The notes below the pieces were generated by a model. That model was not told the origin of the DNA and did no database searches. It worked only from the letters and a program-made list of their open reading frames with translations. From the NCBI GenBank assembly GCA_002311285.1, contig DBZU01000074.1, forward strand, positions 71,222 through 135,221: 64,000 nt of DNA, read 5' to 3'. This DNA is from Dehalococcoidia bacterium UBA1152. GTDB lineage: Bacteria > Chloroflexota > Dehalococcoidia > Lucifugimonadales > UBA2962. The number at the start of each line of letters is the position of its first letter. The first letter of the stretch is position 1. A program made the translations under genes and the position numbers. Below are positions 19,023-28,124 of the stretch, piece by piece.

Positions 19023-20168
19023 TTATTCCGTGGAACCTACTCTCCGAGTTCTCATCACCAGTATTCCACCACCGATAACCATTAACGCGGCGAATATCAG
19101 TCCGAGACTAATTGAATGAGAGCTTAAGAGGTAGGATGCGTACGCATCACCAGTACTTGGCAGGCCAAGACCTAGATCACCACCAACTTCAGAAAGCTCG
19201 CCTTCACTCAGCGTGTATGTTGCAATCGCTTGAGCTTCAACATATGCTTGGTTGGCTCCACCTTCATTTAGAGTTGCTGCAATAGTGCCATCAGCATTTG
19301 CATCAACACCGCTTAAAGCGCTTTCTAAATACCCAAGGGCAGAAGTCAGTTGTATTTTAGCGTTTTGTGCTGTTGTTTTGCTTGTAGCCACCCCAATTTG
19401 CGTTGCAGCTGCTGTAGCCCACGTAGTGATGTTAGACTGAGTTGCAGCTATGTTTGCAGCATGTTCTGCTACAGTGGCATCACTTGGGGCTTCTGATGCA
19501 GCATAAGCCGCATGTTCAAGATTCGCTACATCTGTGAGTACAGAACTATCGATTGCATCCTTCGCATTGTTGGCGTTAGTTGTTACGTCCGCCAAAGTGC
19601 TTGCGTCCATAGCTTTGTTAATATGCGCTATTGCTGTGGATAAAGAATTTTGTAAATCTGTTACCACTCCAGTCTCTGAGCCGCTAGGATATTCAACTAG
19701 TAAATGACGTACATGAGTTATCACATCTAGGGGAACTCGATGACTGTAAGCGTAAACGCCTGAAATCTCGTCATCTGGGATACCAGATGGCTCGACGGTT
19801 ATGACGAATTTATTGTATCCGGCTATAAGATTCTCACCGGTCTTAGATGTATAGGTATGGCTTACACTACCACTTTCTATGCTCAAAATGCCGACATTTA
19901 ATTTTGTAGAACCATCGTCACTTATAAGCCATCCTTCTAATTGTTTCCCAGCCTCCTGTATAGCTACTTGCTCCATAGTTACGGTCAGCGTAACTCCAGG
20001 CAAATTGGTGTCTGAAATTACAGCAGTCCTTGTTGGCACACTTGATGCCTCTTGAGCAACGGCTATACTAGTCGTAAAGACCAAGCTCATCACTAAGGCT
20101 AGGAAAACCGCGACCTTGGTCGCAAGTCTGTTTATGGACATATTGCTAAAAACCCCCTGTTTCGACAA
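19023..20168 (-). CDS. Secreted Ala/Thr-rich surface protein with C-terminal LPXTG sorting signal
   Basis: N-terminal signal peptide (..TSIAVAQEA). C-terminal LPSTG (19149..19163) is followed by a hydrophobic span and an RTRR tail. The ATG at 20141 is an alternative start to the track's TTG at 20168. Confidence 0.75.
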   Translation of the reverse strand: MSKQGVFSNMSINRLATKVAVFLALVMSLVFTTSIAVAQEASSVPTRTAVISDTNLPGVTLTVTMEQVAIQEAGKQLEGWLISDDGSTKLNVGILSIESGSVSHTYTSKTGENLIAGYNKFVITVEPSGIPDDEISGVYAYSHRVPLDVITHVRHLLVEYPSGSETGVVTDLQNSLSTAIAHINKAMDASTLADVTTNANNAKDAIDSSVLTDVANLEHAAYAASEAPSDATVAEHAANIAATQSNITTWATAAATQIGVATSKTTAQNAKIQLTSALGYLESALSGVDANADGTIAATLNEGGANQAYVEAQAIATYTLSEGELSEVGGDLGLGLPSTGDAYASYLLSSHSISLGLIFAALMVIGGGILVMRTRRVGSTE

Positions 20169-20508
20169 ACGAATATGATCCCATGTCGGTCAGGAAACGG
20201 TATCATATGAGAGCGCCAGCGCATAGGCGCGCACTAAGGTATTTTAGCATAAACACAGCAAATCTCTCAAAGGAATCATACAAAATTTACCTTACAAAAG
20301 CCTGATTTGGCTGTAAATTGAGGCAAAATTTGCCGGTTTAACGACTGTGTAGACTGATCTAGGTAATTTCGGAATAATTTTGCATCTTTATTAAATTAAA
20401 ACATCAATAAGTGATGATTTTTTTATTTCTAACCAATATTGTTAAGTAAAAACTACCGTTTTGTTGAGGAAATTGACATAAAATCCTCAGAAACATACAC
20501 TCGTTTTG

Positions 20509-21264
20509 ATGAAAAGATTACAAGATAAAGCCACCATTATCACTGGTGGATCCAGCGGTATTGGAGCAGCTACCGCACAGCTTTTTGCTTCAGAAGGAGC
20601 CCAAGTGTATCTATGCGACATTCAGGACGAAAAGGGTAACCTTGTTTGTGAGGAAATTATTAAAGAAGGTGGCAAAGCTACATATCTACATCTGGATGTA
20701 AGTAGCGAGAATGAGTGGACGAAAACATTAACTAAGGTAGTTGATTTGAATGGTAGAGTTGATGTTTTGGTTAACAACGCAGGGATAGGCGGAGGATTAA
20801 ATAACATTGAAGACTATAGTGTCGACCAATGGGACAAAACCATGGCGGTTAATGCAACTGGTGTTTTTTTAGGAACAAAGTGCGTAGCAACGGTCATGAG
20901 AAAAACAGGAGGAGGTTCAATTATTAACATATCTTCTGTTTACGGATTGGTTGGTGTAAATCGCGGAGCTTCATATTCGGCTTCAAAAGGAGCCGTTCGT
21001 ATTTTTACCAAGGCTGCATCGGTACAATATTCTGCAGATAATATAAGAGTGAACTCAGTCCATCCGGGTTTTATTGACACTCCCCAAGCAGCAACACTTT
21101 TAAGGAATAAGGAAGTAAGGGATCACTTAATTGACCTCACTCCAGTAGGAAGAATAGGAACAGTAGACGATGTCAAGTATGGCATTTTGTATCTTGCATC
21201 GGATGAATCTGCTTACATGACTGGCTCGGAATTTGTTATTGATGGCGGGATTACTGCTAGATAG
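20509..21264 (+). CDS. Short-chain dehydrogenase/reductase (SDR)
   Basis: TGGSSGIG cofactor motif, NNAG, and a catalytic S...YSASK triad. ATG at 20509, one codon after the track's TTG. Confidence 0.88.
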   Translation: MKRLQDKATIITGGSSGIGAATAQLFASEGAQVYLCDIQDEKGNLVCEEIIKEGGKATYLHLDVSSENEWTKTLTKVVDLNGRVDVLVNNAGIGGGLNNIEDYSVDQWDKTMAVNATGVFLGTKCVATVMRKTGGGSIINISSVYGLVGVNRGASYSASKGAVRIFTKAASVQYSADNIRVNSVHPGFIDTPQAATLLRNKEVRDHLIDLTPVGRIGTVDDVKYGILYLASDESAYMTGSEFVIDGGITAR

Positions 21265-21272
21265 AAAACAAA

Positions 21273-22496
21273 CTAGATGTTGCCATCGAGTTTAATTTTG
21301 CCTTTACAAATCTGGTACGTTCTCACTTTGGATTTATAGTCCTCTGGTATATTTTCAATTTCACTTGTCGTAATTACTGATTGTTCGTATTTAGATACTA
21401 CATTTAAGACGAGGTTCCTTCTAACGGGATCTAATTCTGATAACACATCGTCTAATAAGAGTAATGGGTTTTCGCCACGTTCCTCAGACAGATATTGAGC
21501 TTCAGCAAGCTTTAATGACAATACAGCTAATCTAGTTTGGCCCCGTGATGCAAAACGAGCAGAGTCAAAATCATTGATTGTTAACTGAAAATCGTCTCGA
21601 TGAGGGCCAACAGATGTGAAGCCTTTCGTTAAATCGTTGTCCAGACAAGTTGATAATTTTTCTTGTAAGGCTTGAGTAATGAAGGTTTTGTCGTGCTCGG
21701 ATGCTTTTTCAACTACCTGTGTTGAATAAATTAGATTCAATTTTTCATTTTGTGGGGATAACAGATTATGTTGATCCAGGCAAAGCTTAGATAGTTTTCC
21801 GATTATCATTGATCTTGTGTAAATGATATATCCTCCATCGTTAGCGATATGTTCATCCCAAGGCTTTAATTCAGGTGTTTTCGAACTACCTCTTTTTATA
21901 GACCTTAGTAAATGATTTCTTTGTATGACAGACCTTTGATATCTTTGCAATGTTTTTAAGTATTCTCGATTATGTTGAGAAATCAACATATCGATATACC
22001 TGCGTCTAAGCTTTGGAGTTCCATAAACAAGTTCTAGGTCTTGAGCGGTAAATAAAACTGCGTTTATCTCTCCTATGAGGTCTGAGATTCGTCTATTTAC
22101 TCCATTAACACGAAAATTCTTTTTAATAAGTTTTTGACTTAATTCAGTTAAATTACTGTAATACGGCCTCTGTTTTGGTTCTTGTTTGGAATCGAGTTTT
22201 AATAAATCGATTTGTACGTTTGTTGAACCATCAATCCTTTCAATACTGGCTGCAACTTTAGTGTGGACACCATTAAATATATCTGGCGAATCTTGTTCTT
22301 GATTAGCGAACATTATTAAATCCTTGTCGTTGCCGGTGCGTTGCGATTTTCCCCAAGCCAAGATGTAGATTGCTTCAAGCAAATTACTTTTGCCATTTCC
22401 ATTGTCTCCGTGGATGATAGTTAGTCCAGGTTTTAAAAAGAGTTCAGCGTCCAATATGTTGCGAAAATTAGATATTTTCAGGTGACTTAGATAAAT
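21273..22496 (-). CDS. recF: DNA replication and repair protein RecF
   Basis: Walker A GDNGNGKSN, LEAIY, signature-like SRGQTR and Walker B LLLLDDV. The conserved N-terminal strand IYLSHLKISNFRNI lies upstream of the track's TTG start. The only plausible start there is ATT at 22496, with GGAG 8 nt upstream. Confidence 0.85.
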   Translation of the reverse strand: MYLSHLKISNFRNILDAELFLKPGLTIIHGDNGNGKSNLLEAIYILAWGKSQRTGNDKDLIMFANQEQDSPDIFNGVHTKVAASIERIDGSTNVQIDLLKLDSKQEPKQRPYYSNLTELSQKLIKKNFRVNGVNRRISDLIGEINAVLFTAQDLELVYGTPKLRRRYIDMLISQHNREYLKTLQRYQRSVIQRNHLLRSIKRGSSKTPELKPWDEHIANDGGYIIYTRSMIIGKLSKLCLDQHNLLSPQNEKLNLIYSTQVVEKASEHDKTFITQALQEKLSTCLDNDLTKGFTSVGPHRDDFQLTINDFDSARFASRGQTRLAVLSLKLAEAQYLSEERGENPLLLLDDVLSELDPVRRNLVLNVVSKYEQSVITTSEIENIPEDYKSKVRTYQICKGKIKLDGNI

Positions 22497-22522
22497 TTTG
22501 GTAACTCCACTAAATAACTGAA

Positions 22523-24568
22523 CTAGAGGTCATTATTTGATAATAAAGACTGAATTAAATCTATAAATTCAGTTTCAGTCAATATGTCTATCTCGAGAAG
22601 GTTTGCTTGGTTCAATTTCGAGCCCGGATCCGATCCCATTATTACAAAATCAGTCTTTTTAGTAACTTTTCCAGTAACTTTTCCACCCAAGGCTTTAATC
22701 CGGTTTTGAATGTCTGTACGGCTAAAATTTTCCATCCTGCCAGTTACCACAAACACTTTATCTGAAAGAACCTGTTTCTCTAATATATCTGTATTTACAT
22801 TTTCTAAATTTAGACCGGCTAATCTAAGCTTATTTATTAGCTCTAAATTAGAAGGGTCTGCAAAATATGTAACTATGGATGAAGAAATTTTAGGGCCAAT
22901 TCCAGGGATATTTTGGATATCACTATCAGATGATCTGATGATTTCATCAATGTTCAAAAATCTTTGCGACAATAACTCGGCTACCTCAGGCCCGACATGT
23001 TTAATTCCAAGTGCCGTCAGGACTTTTTCCATGGGCTGTCGACGGCTAGTATCGATAGCTGTCAGCAAATTATCAAGAGATGTTTCACCAATTCTGTCTA
23101 TTGTTATTGTTTTGTCCTGGTGATTCTTTAAGTCGTATAGATCCGCCGCATCAGAGATCAAACCTTTCGAAATCAATACATTGATCTGTTTTGGCCCTAA
23201 TCCATGTATATCCATTGCTCCTTTCGACACAAAATGTTCTATCATTTTGTTTGTTTGAGCCGGACATGCACTGTTTATACAGTAGGCCATAGCTTCATCT
23301 TTAGACGAGAAAATTAAATGATTACAAATTGGGCATTCAGTTGGCATTTGCAATTTCTTTTCGCGTCCAGAGCGTTTGCTTGATATAGCCCGAATGACCT
23401 GTGGGATGACCTCTCCGGCTCTTTCAATTATTACGGTATCTCCAATGCGCAAGTCTTTTGTTCTAATGTAATCTTCGTTGTGTAGAGTGGCCTGTTTTAT
23501 TGTTGCACCACCAATTTGAACTGGGTCCAGTACTGCATAAGGGTTGATACTACCAGTTCTGCCGACATTAAATTTAATATTTATTAGGGTTGTTTCTTTT
23601 TGTTCAGATGGAAATTTAAAAGCTATTGCCCAGCGAGGCTCACGGCCAATTTGACCTAAGTGCCTTTGATAATCAAGCCTATTAACTTTTACTACTACGC
23701 CATCGCAAATGTAATCTAAGTCCTCTCGCATTTCTAGAAAATTTAGATAGTAATCTATAACTTTGGATGGCGAATCCACCAGGTCATTGTGTTCATTGAT
23801 ATTGAACCCTAATGCGGATAAGTAATCCAGTAATTCATATTGAGTCTGCGGAGGTATTTGATCATTAACATGGCCAATTCCGTATATGAATATATCTAGA
23901 GGACGTTTTGCAGTTTCTGAGGGATCAATTTGTCTTAAAGCTCCTGCCGCAGCATTTCTAGGATTAGCATATGGGGTCAATCCATCACTGGAGCGATTTA
24001 CGTTGAATTCATTAAAATCCGAAATTGGAAATACTACTTCTCCTCTTACTTCAAGAATTGAAGGATATCCACCTGAGAGGTTTAATGGCAAATGGTTAAC
24101 AGTTTTAAGATTATTTGTAACGTCCTCGCCTTTTTTTCCATCACCACGGGTTGCACCTTTTACCAGATTTCCATTCTCATAAGTCATTGATACTGCTAGG
24201 CCGTCATATTTGAGTTCACATACAAATTCAAGTTTGTTTGTTAGTAATTTTGCTACTCTTTCATTCCAAGCAACAAACTCCTCTTGATTGAAAGCATTTG
24301 CCAAACTTAACATTTGCTGTTTATGCGTTATTGTTGCGAAACCTTTTGAAGGAGGGGCGCCGATTCGTTGTGCAGGAGAATCACGGCTAGCAAATGAAGG
24401 ATGTTGTGTCTCTAGTGCCATCAGCTCGCGCATCATAGCGTCATACTCAGCATCGGAGGTCTGTGGAGAATCCTGTTGATAGTAAAGAATATTATGTTTA
24501 TTTAACTGGGAACGGAGTTCTTCAATTCGTTTTCGAGCTAGGTTTTCTGAATCTGTCTTTTCGACCAT
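22523..24568 (-). CDS. ligA: NAD-dependent DNA ligase
   Basis: 681 aa with the adenylation motif ELKYDG, a Cys4 zinc finger (CPICN...CINSAC), HhH repeats and a C-terminal BRCT domain. Confidence 0.95.
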   Translation of the reverse strand: MVEKTDSENLARKRIEELRSQLNKHNILYYQQDSPQTSDAEYDAMMRELMALETQHPSFASRDSPAQRIGAPPSKGFATITHKQQMLSLANAFNQEEFVAWNERVAKLLTNKLEFVCELKYDGLAVSMTYENGNLVKGATRGDGKKGEDVTNNLKTVNHLPLNLSGGYPSILEVRGEVVFPISDFNEFNVNRSSDGLTPYANPRNAAAGALRQIDPSETAKRPLDIFIYGIGHVNDQIPPQTQYELLDYLSALGFNINEHNDLVDSPSKVIDYYLNFLEMREDLDYICDGVVVKVNRLDYQRHLGQIGREPRWAIAFKFPSEQKETTLINIKFNVGRTGSINPYAVLDPVQIGGATIKQATLHNEDYIRTKDLRIGDTVIIERAGEVIPQVIRAISSKRSGREKKLQMPTECPICNHLIFSSKDEAMAYCINSACPAQTNKMIEHFVSKGAMDIHGLGPKQINVLISKGLISDAADLYDLKNHQDKTITIDRIGETSLDNLLTAIDTSRRQPMEKVLTALGIKHVGPEVAELLSQRFLNIDEIIRSSDSDIQNIPGIGPKISSSIVTYFADPSNLELINKLRLAGLNLENVNTDILEKQVLSDKVFVVTGRMENFSRTDIQNRIKALGGKVTGKVTKKTDFVIMGSDPGSKLNQANLLEIDILTETEFIDLIQSLLSNNDL

Positions 24569-24577
24569 GAGTCCTTT

Positions 24578-25501
24578 TTATTTATTCCACATTCCAGTAC
24601 TGAAGTATCGTTCACCTAAATCATTGAATATAGTTACTATAACTGCTTTATCTTCAATTTTTGCTATTTCGTTAGCTGCAACTAGATAGGCTCCTGACGA
24701 TTGTCCAACAAAAACTCCTTGAGCAGCGATATCATGGGCCATGTCGATTGCTACATCAAGGTTTATTGACATCTTTTGGTCAATGAGCCTTTCATCCAAA
24801 ATCTCCGGTACAATGCTGTCCTCATCAAGAGGTTTTAAGCCTTCAATACCTCTCCAATCCTCAGGTTCTATGCATACAATCTTAATATTTTTATTATGTT
24901 CTTTCAGTCGTTTGCCGACACCCGTAATGGTGCCGCCTGTACCAACTCCCGCGACAAAATGGGTAATATCTGGGACTTGTTTTAAGATTTCAAAACCCGT
25001 ACCTTCATAGTGAGCAAGCCAGTTATTATCGTTGGCATATTGATTGCAAAAGAAGTATTGGTTTGAATTGGCTTCATTTCTTCTTTTTACTTCTCTAATT
25101 GCCTCGTCATATCCAAGTAAAGGATCAGTTTCAATTATTCGAGCTCCGTGAGACCTTATTCGTTTTTTACGTTCTTCACTTGCGTTTCCGGGCATAACGA
25201 GTTCAACTTTATGTCCCGTTACTGCGCCTATCATTGCATACGCTATCCCCGCATTTCCTGAAGTTGAATCCAATATTGTCTTTGATTTGTCTAATTTTCC
25301 TTCAATAATTGCATTCGCTATCATTCTTAGGACGGGACGATCTTTTATGGATCCACCAGGATTCAGGTTTTCTAACTTCACATGTATAGCTGAATTAGAC
25401 TTATAACCGGGCAACACTAATGGTACTGTCGGCGTATTACCGATAGCTCTTAGAAGGGGATAATCCGATAAAAATTTACGGTATAGAGTTTTGGAGTTCA
25501 A
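24578..25501 (-). CDS. PLP-dependent cysteine synthase family protein (CysK/CysM-like)
   Basis: 307 aa with IGNTP, the PLP-lysine motif GGSIKDR, SGNAG and GVGTGGT. The ORF is bounded upstream by a stop, and its only start-like codon before IGNTP is CTG. Confidence 0.8.
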   Translation of the reverse strand: MNSKTLYRKFLSDYPLLRAIGNTPTVPLVLPGYKSNSAIHVKLENLNPGGSIKDRPVLRMIANAIIEGKLDKSKTILDSTSGNAGIAYAMIGAVTGHKVELVMPGNASEERKKRIRSHGARIIETDPLLGYDEAIREVKRRNEANSNQYFFCNQYANDNNWLAHYEGTGFEILKQVPDITHFVAGVGTGGTITGVGKRLKEHNKNIKIVCIEPEDWRGIEGLKPLDEDSIVPEILDERLIDQKMSINLDVAIDMAHDIAAQGVFVGQSSGAYLVAANEIAKIEDKAVIVTIFNDLGERYFSTGMWNK

Positions 25502-25665
25502 GTTAGTATTCCAATTGAGGCATTATGCAAGAATACCTTCAACGTCGCTTACAAATCAATCCTTTGCTTAAGCGGAAAACATGGTTAAATTACGCTCAAT
25601 TATTAAACGAGAGGTAAATTGAGACAGTTAAGCCTGCAATTAAGGTCAGTTAACTCTCTACGCAA

Positions 25666-27639
25666 CTAAACATCTAAGTTTTTTACTTCTAGAGCATGAG
25701 TTTCAATAAACTCGCGTCGTGGGGCTACCATGTCTCCCATCAACAAAGTAAATATTCTGTCAGCTTCAAAGGCATCTTCTACGGATACTTGCAATAAGGT
25801 TCGAGCGTCTGGGTCCATCGTTGTATCCCACAGTTGGTCTGCGTTCATTTCTCCTAATCCCTTGTATCTTTGCAGATTTAGATTCCTTTTGGATTTTAGC
25901 TGGAGCATTATGCCTTCTCGTTCACCTTCACTATATGCAAACACGGCTTTTTTGCCTGAACCAATTCGGTAAAGCGGGGGCTGAGCAATATATAGATGAC
26001 CGTTTTCTATTAATAGAGGCATATGTCTGAAGAAAAAGGTTAATAACAATGTACGGATATGCGAACCGTCTACGTCGGCATCTGTCATTATGATGATTCT
26101 GTGATATCTAAGTTTTAATAAATCAAAATCCTCATCCATACCTGCGCCCACGGCTATAATAATATGGCGTATTTCTTCGTGGGCTAGCATTTTGTCAGCC
26201 CTTGCTTTTTCAACGTTTAATATTTTGCCTTTAAGCGGTAATATTGCTTGAGTGTTACGATCTCTGCCCATTTTTGCTGTACCACCTGCAGAATCGCCCT
26301 CTACGATGTACAATTCGCAATTTTCAGGATTTTTATCCGAACAATCAGCCAGTTTCCCTGGTAATGCTCCACCGTCCATTGCGTTCTTGCGGATAATTAG
26401 GTCGCGAGCTTTTCTTGCCGCCTCCCTTGCTCTTTGGGAAGTAATTGACTTCTCTATAATCCGACGAGCTTCTTTAGGGTTCTCTCCAAGCCATATTGAT
26501 ACTTCCTCAGCAAGTACGCTTTCCACCTGTGCACGTATTTCAGGGTTGCCAAGCTTGCCCTTTGTTTGACCTTCAAACTGAGGGTCCTGTAATTTAACAC
26601 TTATTACAGCAGCAAGACCTTCTCGAGTATCTTCTCCAGCCAAATTGGGCTCATTTTCTTTAATAACGTTATGCTTACGTCCATAATCATTCATTATTCT
26701 AGTGAGGGCAGACCTAAGACCAGTTAGATGGGTGCCTCCATCAACTGTATTAATGCAATTAGCGAATGAGAGAACGTTTTCTGTGAAACTCTCGTTATAT
26801 TGCAGGGCTGCTTCCACAAGGGTTCCTTCTACATTCTTAGAAACCTTAATAGGACTCGGATGAAGTCGTGCCCTTCCTCCTGTCAGATCTTCTACAAATT
26901 GAGAAATTCCACCTTCAAATTGATAATCTATTTTTCTTGGACCATCAATCAGATCCGCATGTAAATCACTAGTGAAAATGATGTGCAGCCCTTCATTAAG
27001 GTATGCCATTTCCTTGAATCGTTGTGCCAGAACATCGAATTCAAACATTGAATCTCCAAAGATATCTTTGTCAGGCATGAAATATATTGTGGTTCCATGT
27101 TCATCAGGAGCAGAACCGTTGGAGACCTCCACCTCAGTTAGACTTTTACCTTTAGAAAAAACTTGTGTGTAAAGATTAGAAGATCTTTTGACTTCTACGG
27201 TTAATTCGGTTGACAAGGCATTAACCACAGATGCCCCTACCCCGTGAAGACCGCCTGAAACTGCGTAAGCCTTATTATCGAACTTGCCGCCAGCATGGAG
27301 GGTTGTCATAACTGTCTCTATAGTCGATAGACCGGTGGCCTTATGCCTGTCTGGGGGAATTCCTCTGCCATTATCAATAACGCTAACTTTGCCTTCTACG
27401 TCAATATGTACTTCAATCTTCGTGCAATGAGGTGTGCCATTGGAGTCTTTGGCCATAAACTCGTCAACTGCGTTGTCGACAATTTCATACACTAAGTGAT
27501 GCAACCCTTTTTGATCTGTACTTCCTATATACATTCCCGGTCGTTTTCGAACTGCTTCCATACCCTCGAGAACTTGTATGTCCTCAGCCGTGTAGTCACT
27601 ATTTGAATCGGCTTTACTGTTTGCGTTCCCACTAGTCAT
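25666..27639 (-). CDS. gyrB: DNA gyrase subunit B
   Basis: 657 aa with the GHKL ATPase motifs (EIVDNAVDE, DNGRGIP, GGLHGVG), the Toprim motifs EGDSAGG and PLKGKILNVE, and DADVDGSHI. Confidence 0.95.
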   Translation of the reverse strand: MTSGNANSKADSNSDYTAEDIQVLEGMEAVRKRPGMYIGSTDQKGLHHLVYEIVDNAVDEFMAKDSNGTPHCTKIEVHIDVEGKVSVIDNGRGIPPDRHKATGLSTIETVMTTLHAGGKFDNKAYAVSGGLHGVGASVVNALSTELTVEVKRSSNLYTQVFSKGKSLTEVEVSNGSAPDEHGTTIYFMPDKDIFGDSMFEFDVLAQRFKEMAYLNEGLHIIFTSDLHADLIDGPRKIDYQFEGGISQFVEDLTGGRARLHPSPIKVSKNVEGTLVEAALQYNESFTENVLSFANCINTVDGGTHLTGLRSALTRIMNDYGRKHNVIKENEPNLAGEDTREGLAAVISVKLQDPQFEGQTKGKLGNPEIRAQVESVLAEEVSIWLGENPKEARRIIEKSITSQRAREAARKARDLIIRKNAMDGGALPGKLADCSDKNPENCELYIVEGDSAGGTAKMGRDRNTQAILPLKGKILNVEKARADKMLAHEEIRHIIIAVGAGMDEDFDLLKLRYHRIIIMTDADVDGSHIRTLLLTFFFRHMPLLIENGHLYIAQPPLYRIGSGKKAVFAYSEGEREGIMLQLKSKRNLNLQRYKGLGEMNADQLWDTTMDPDARTLLQVSVEDAFEADRIFTLLMGDMVAPRREFIETHALEVKNLDV

Positions 27640-27854
27640 AGATTACTCCAGAAATTACCCTAAATATTTCATACTAATTTTACCTTTTTTTAAGAATAAT
27701 TTCAAACAATTTTATGACTGCCTTAGATCTTTATTTTGAACTGTCGAACAATCCTTGTTGACTCTCAAACTTGCCTATAATAATATCTTTTCGATACGTC
27801 TTCACAAAAATGTGTCAAAAAGAACCCAAAATATTAATAATGAAGTAAGGTGAA

Positions 27855-28072
27855 TGTGGCCAGTATTTTTTGTGCATGGCCATTGGTTTATTAAGGAAGC
27901 CGGTCGAAGTCCGGCACTGTCCCGCAGCGGTAGGTCTTGGCTGTTCCAAGACAAGTCCGATCAACCACCTTAGTTCAGTGTTGTTGTACTTCGAGGTAAA
28001 GGTACAGGCACTAAATCTAATCAGCTACATTTAGGCCCCACTTATATCTCTCGGTGGGGCCTATTTATTTTT
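27855..28072 (+). promoter_or_regulatory. Cobalamin (B12) riboswitch with intrinsic-terminator expression platform
   Basis: The core AAGGAAGCCGGTCGAAGTCCGGCACTGTCCCGCAGCGGTA matches the conserved GGGAA-CCGGTG-AA-TCCGG...CCCGC..CTGTA pattern. A B12-box-like AAGTCCGATCAACCACC follows, then a terminator hairpin. It lies upstream of a BtuFCD-like operon. The 5' boundary is approximate. Confidence 0.8.
28033..28072 (+). terminator. Intrinsic terminator of the riboswitch expression platform
   Basis: aggccccac-(11 nt loop)-gtggggcct followed by atttattttt. Confidence 0.7.
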
Positions 28073-28124
28073 AATCGCTGGAGGTGTTCCTCGATGCTGT
28101 TAAGGAGTGTTAATTTAGAGAGGT

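Noticed and set aside
20183-20305. 40-aa very basic plus-strand ORF (MSVRKRYHMRAPAHRRALRY...) in the 337-nt spacer
   Set aside because: It has no Shine-Dalgarno sequence and its composition is driven by the GC-rich hairpin sequence. It lies in what looks like the promoter and leader of the divergent LPXTG gene.
25616-25662. Imperfect inverted repeat (gagacagttaa...ttaactctc) just after the gyrB stop
   Set aside because: The stem needs a 2-nt bulge and has a 16-nt loop with no T-tract on the transcribed strand. That is too weak to call a terminator or attenuator. I found no S-box or other riboswitch core upstream of the cysteine synthase gene.
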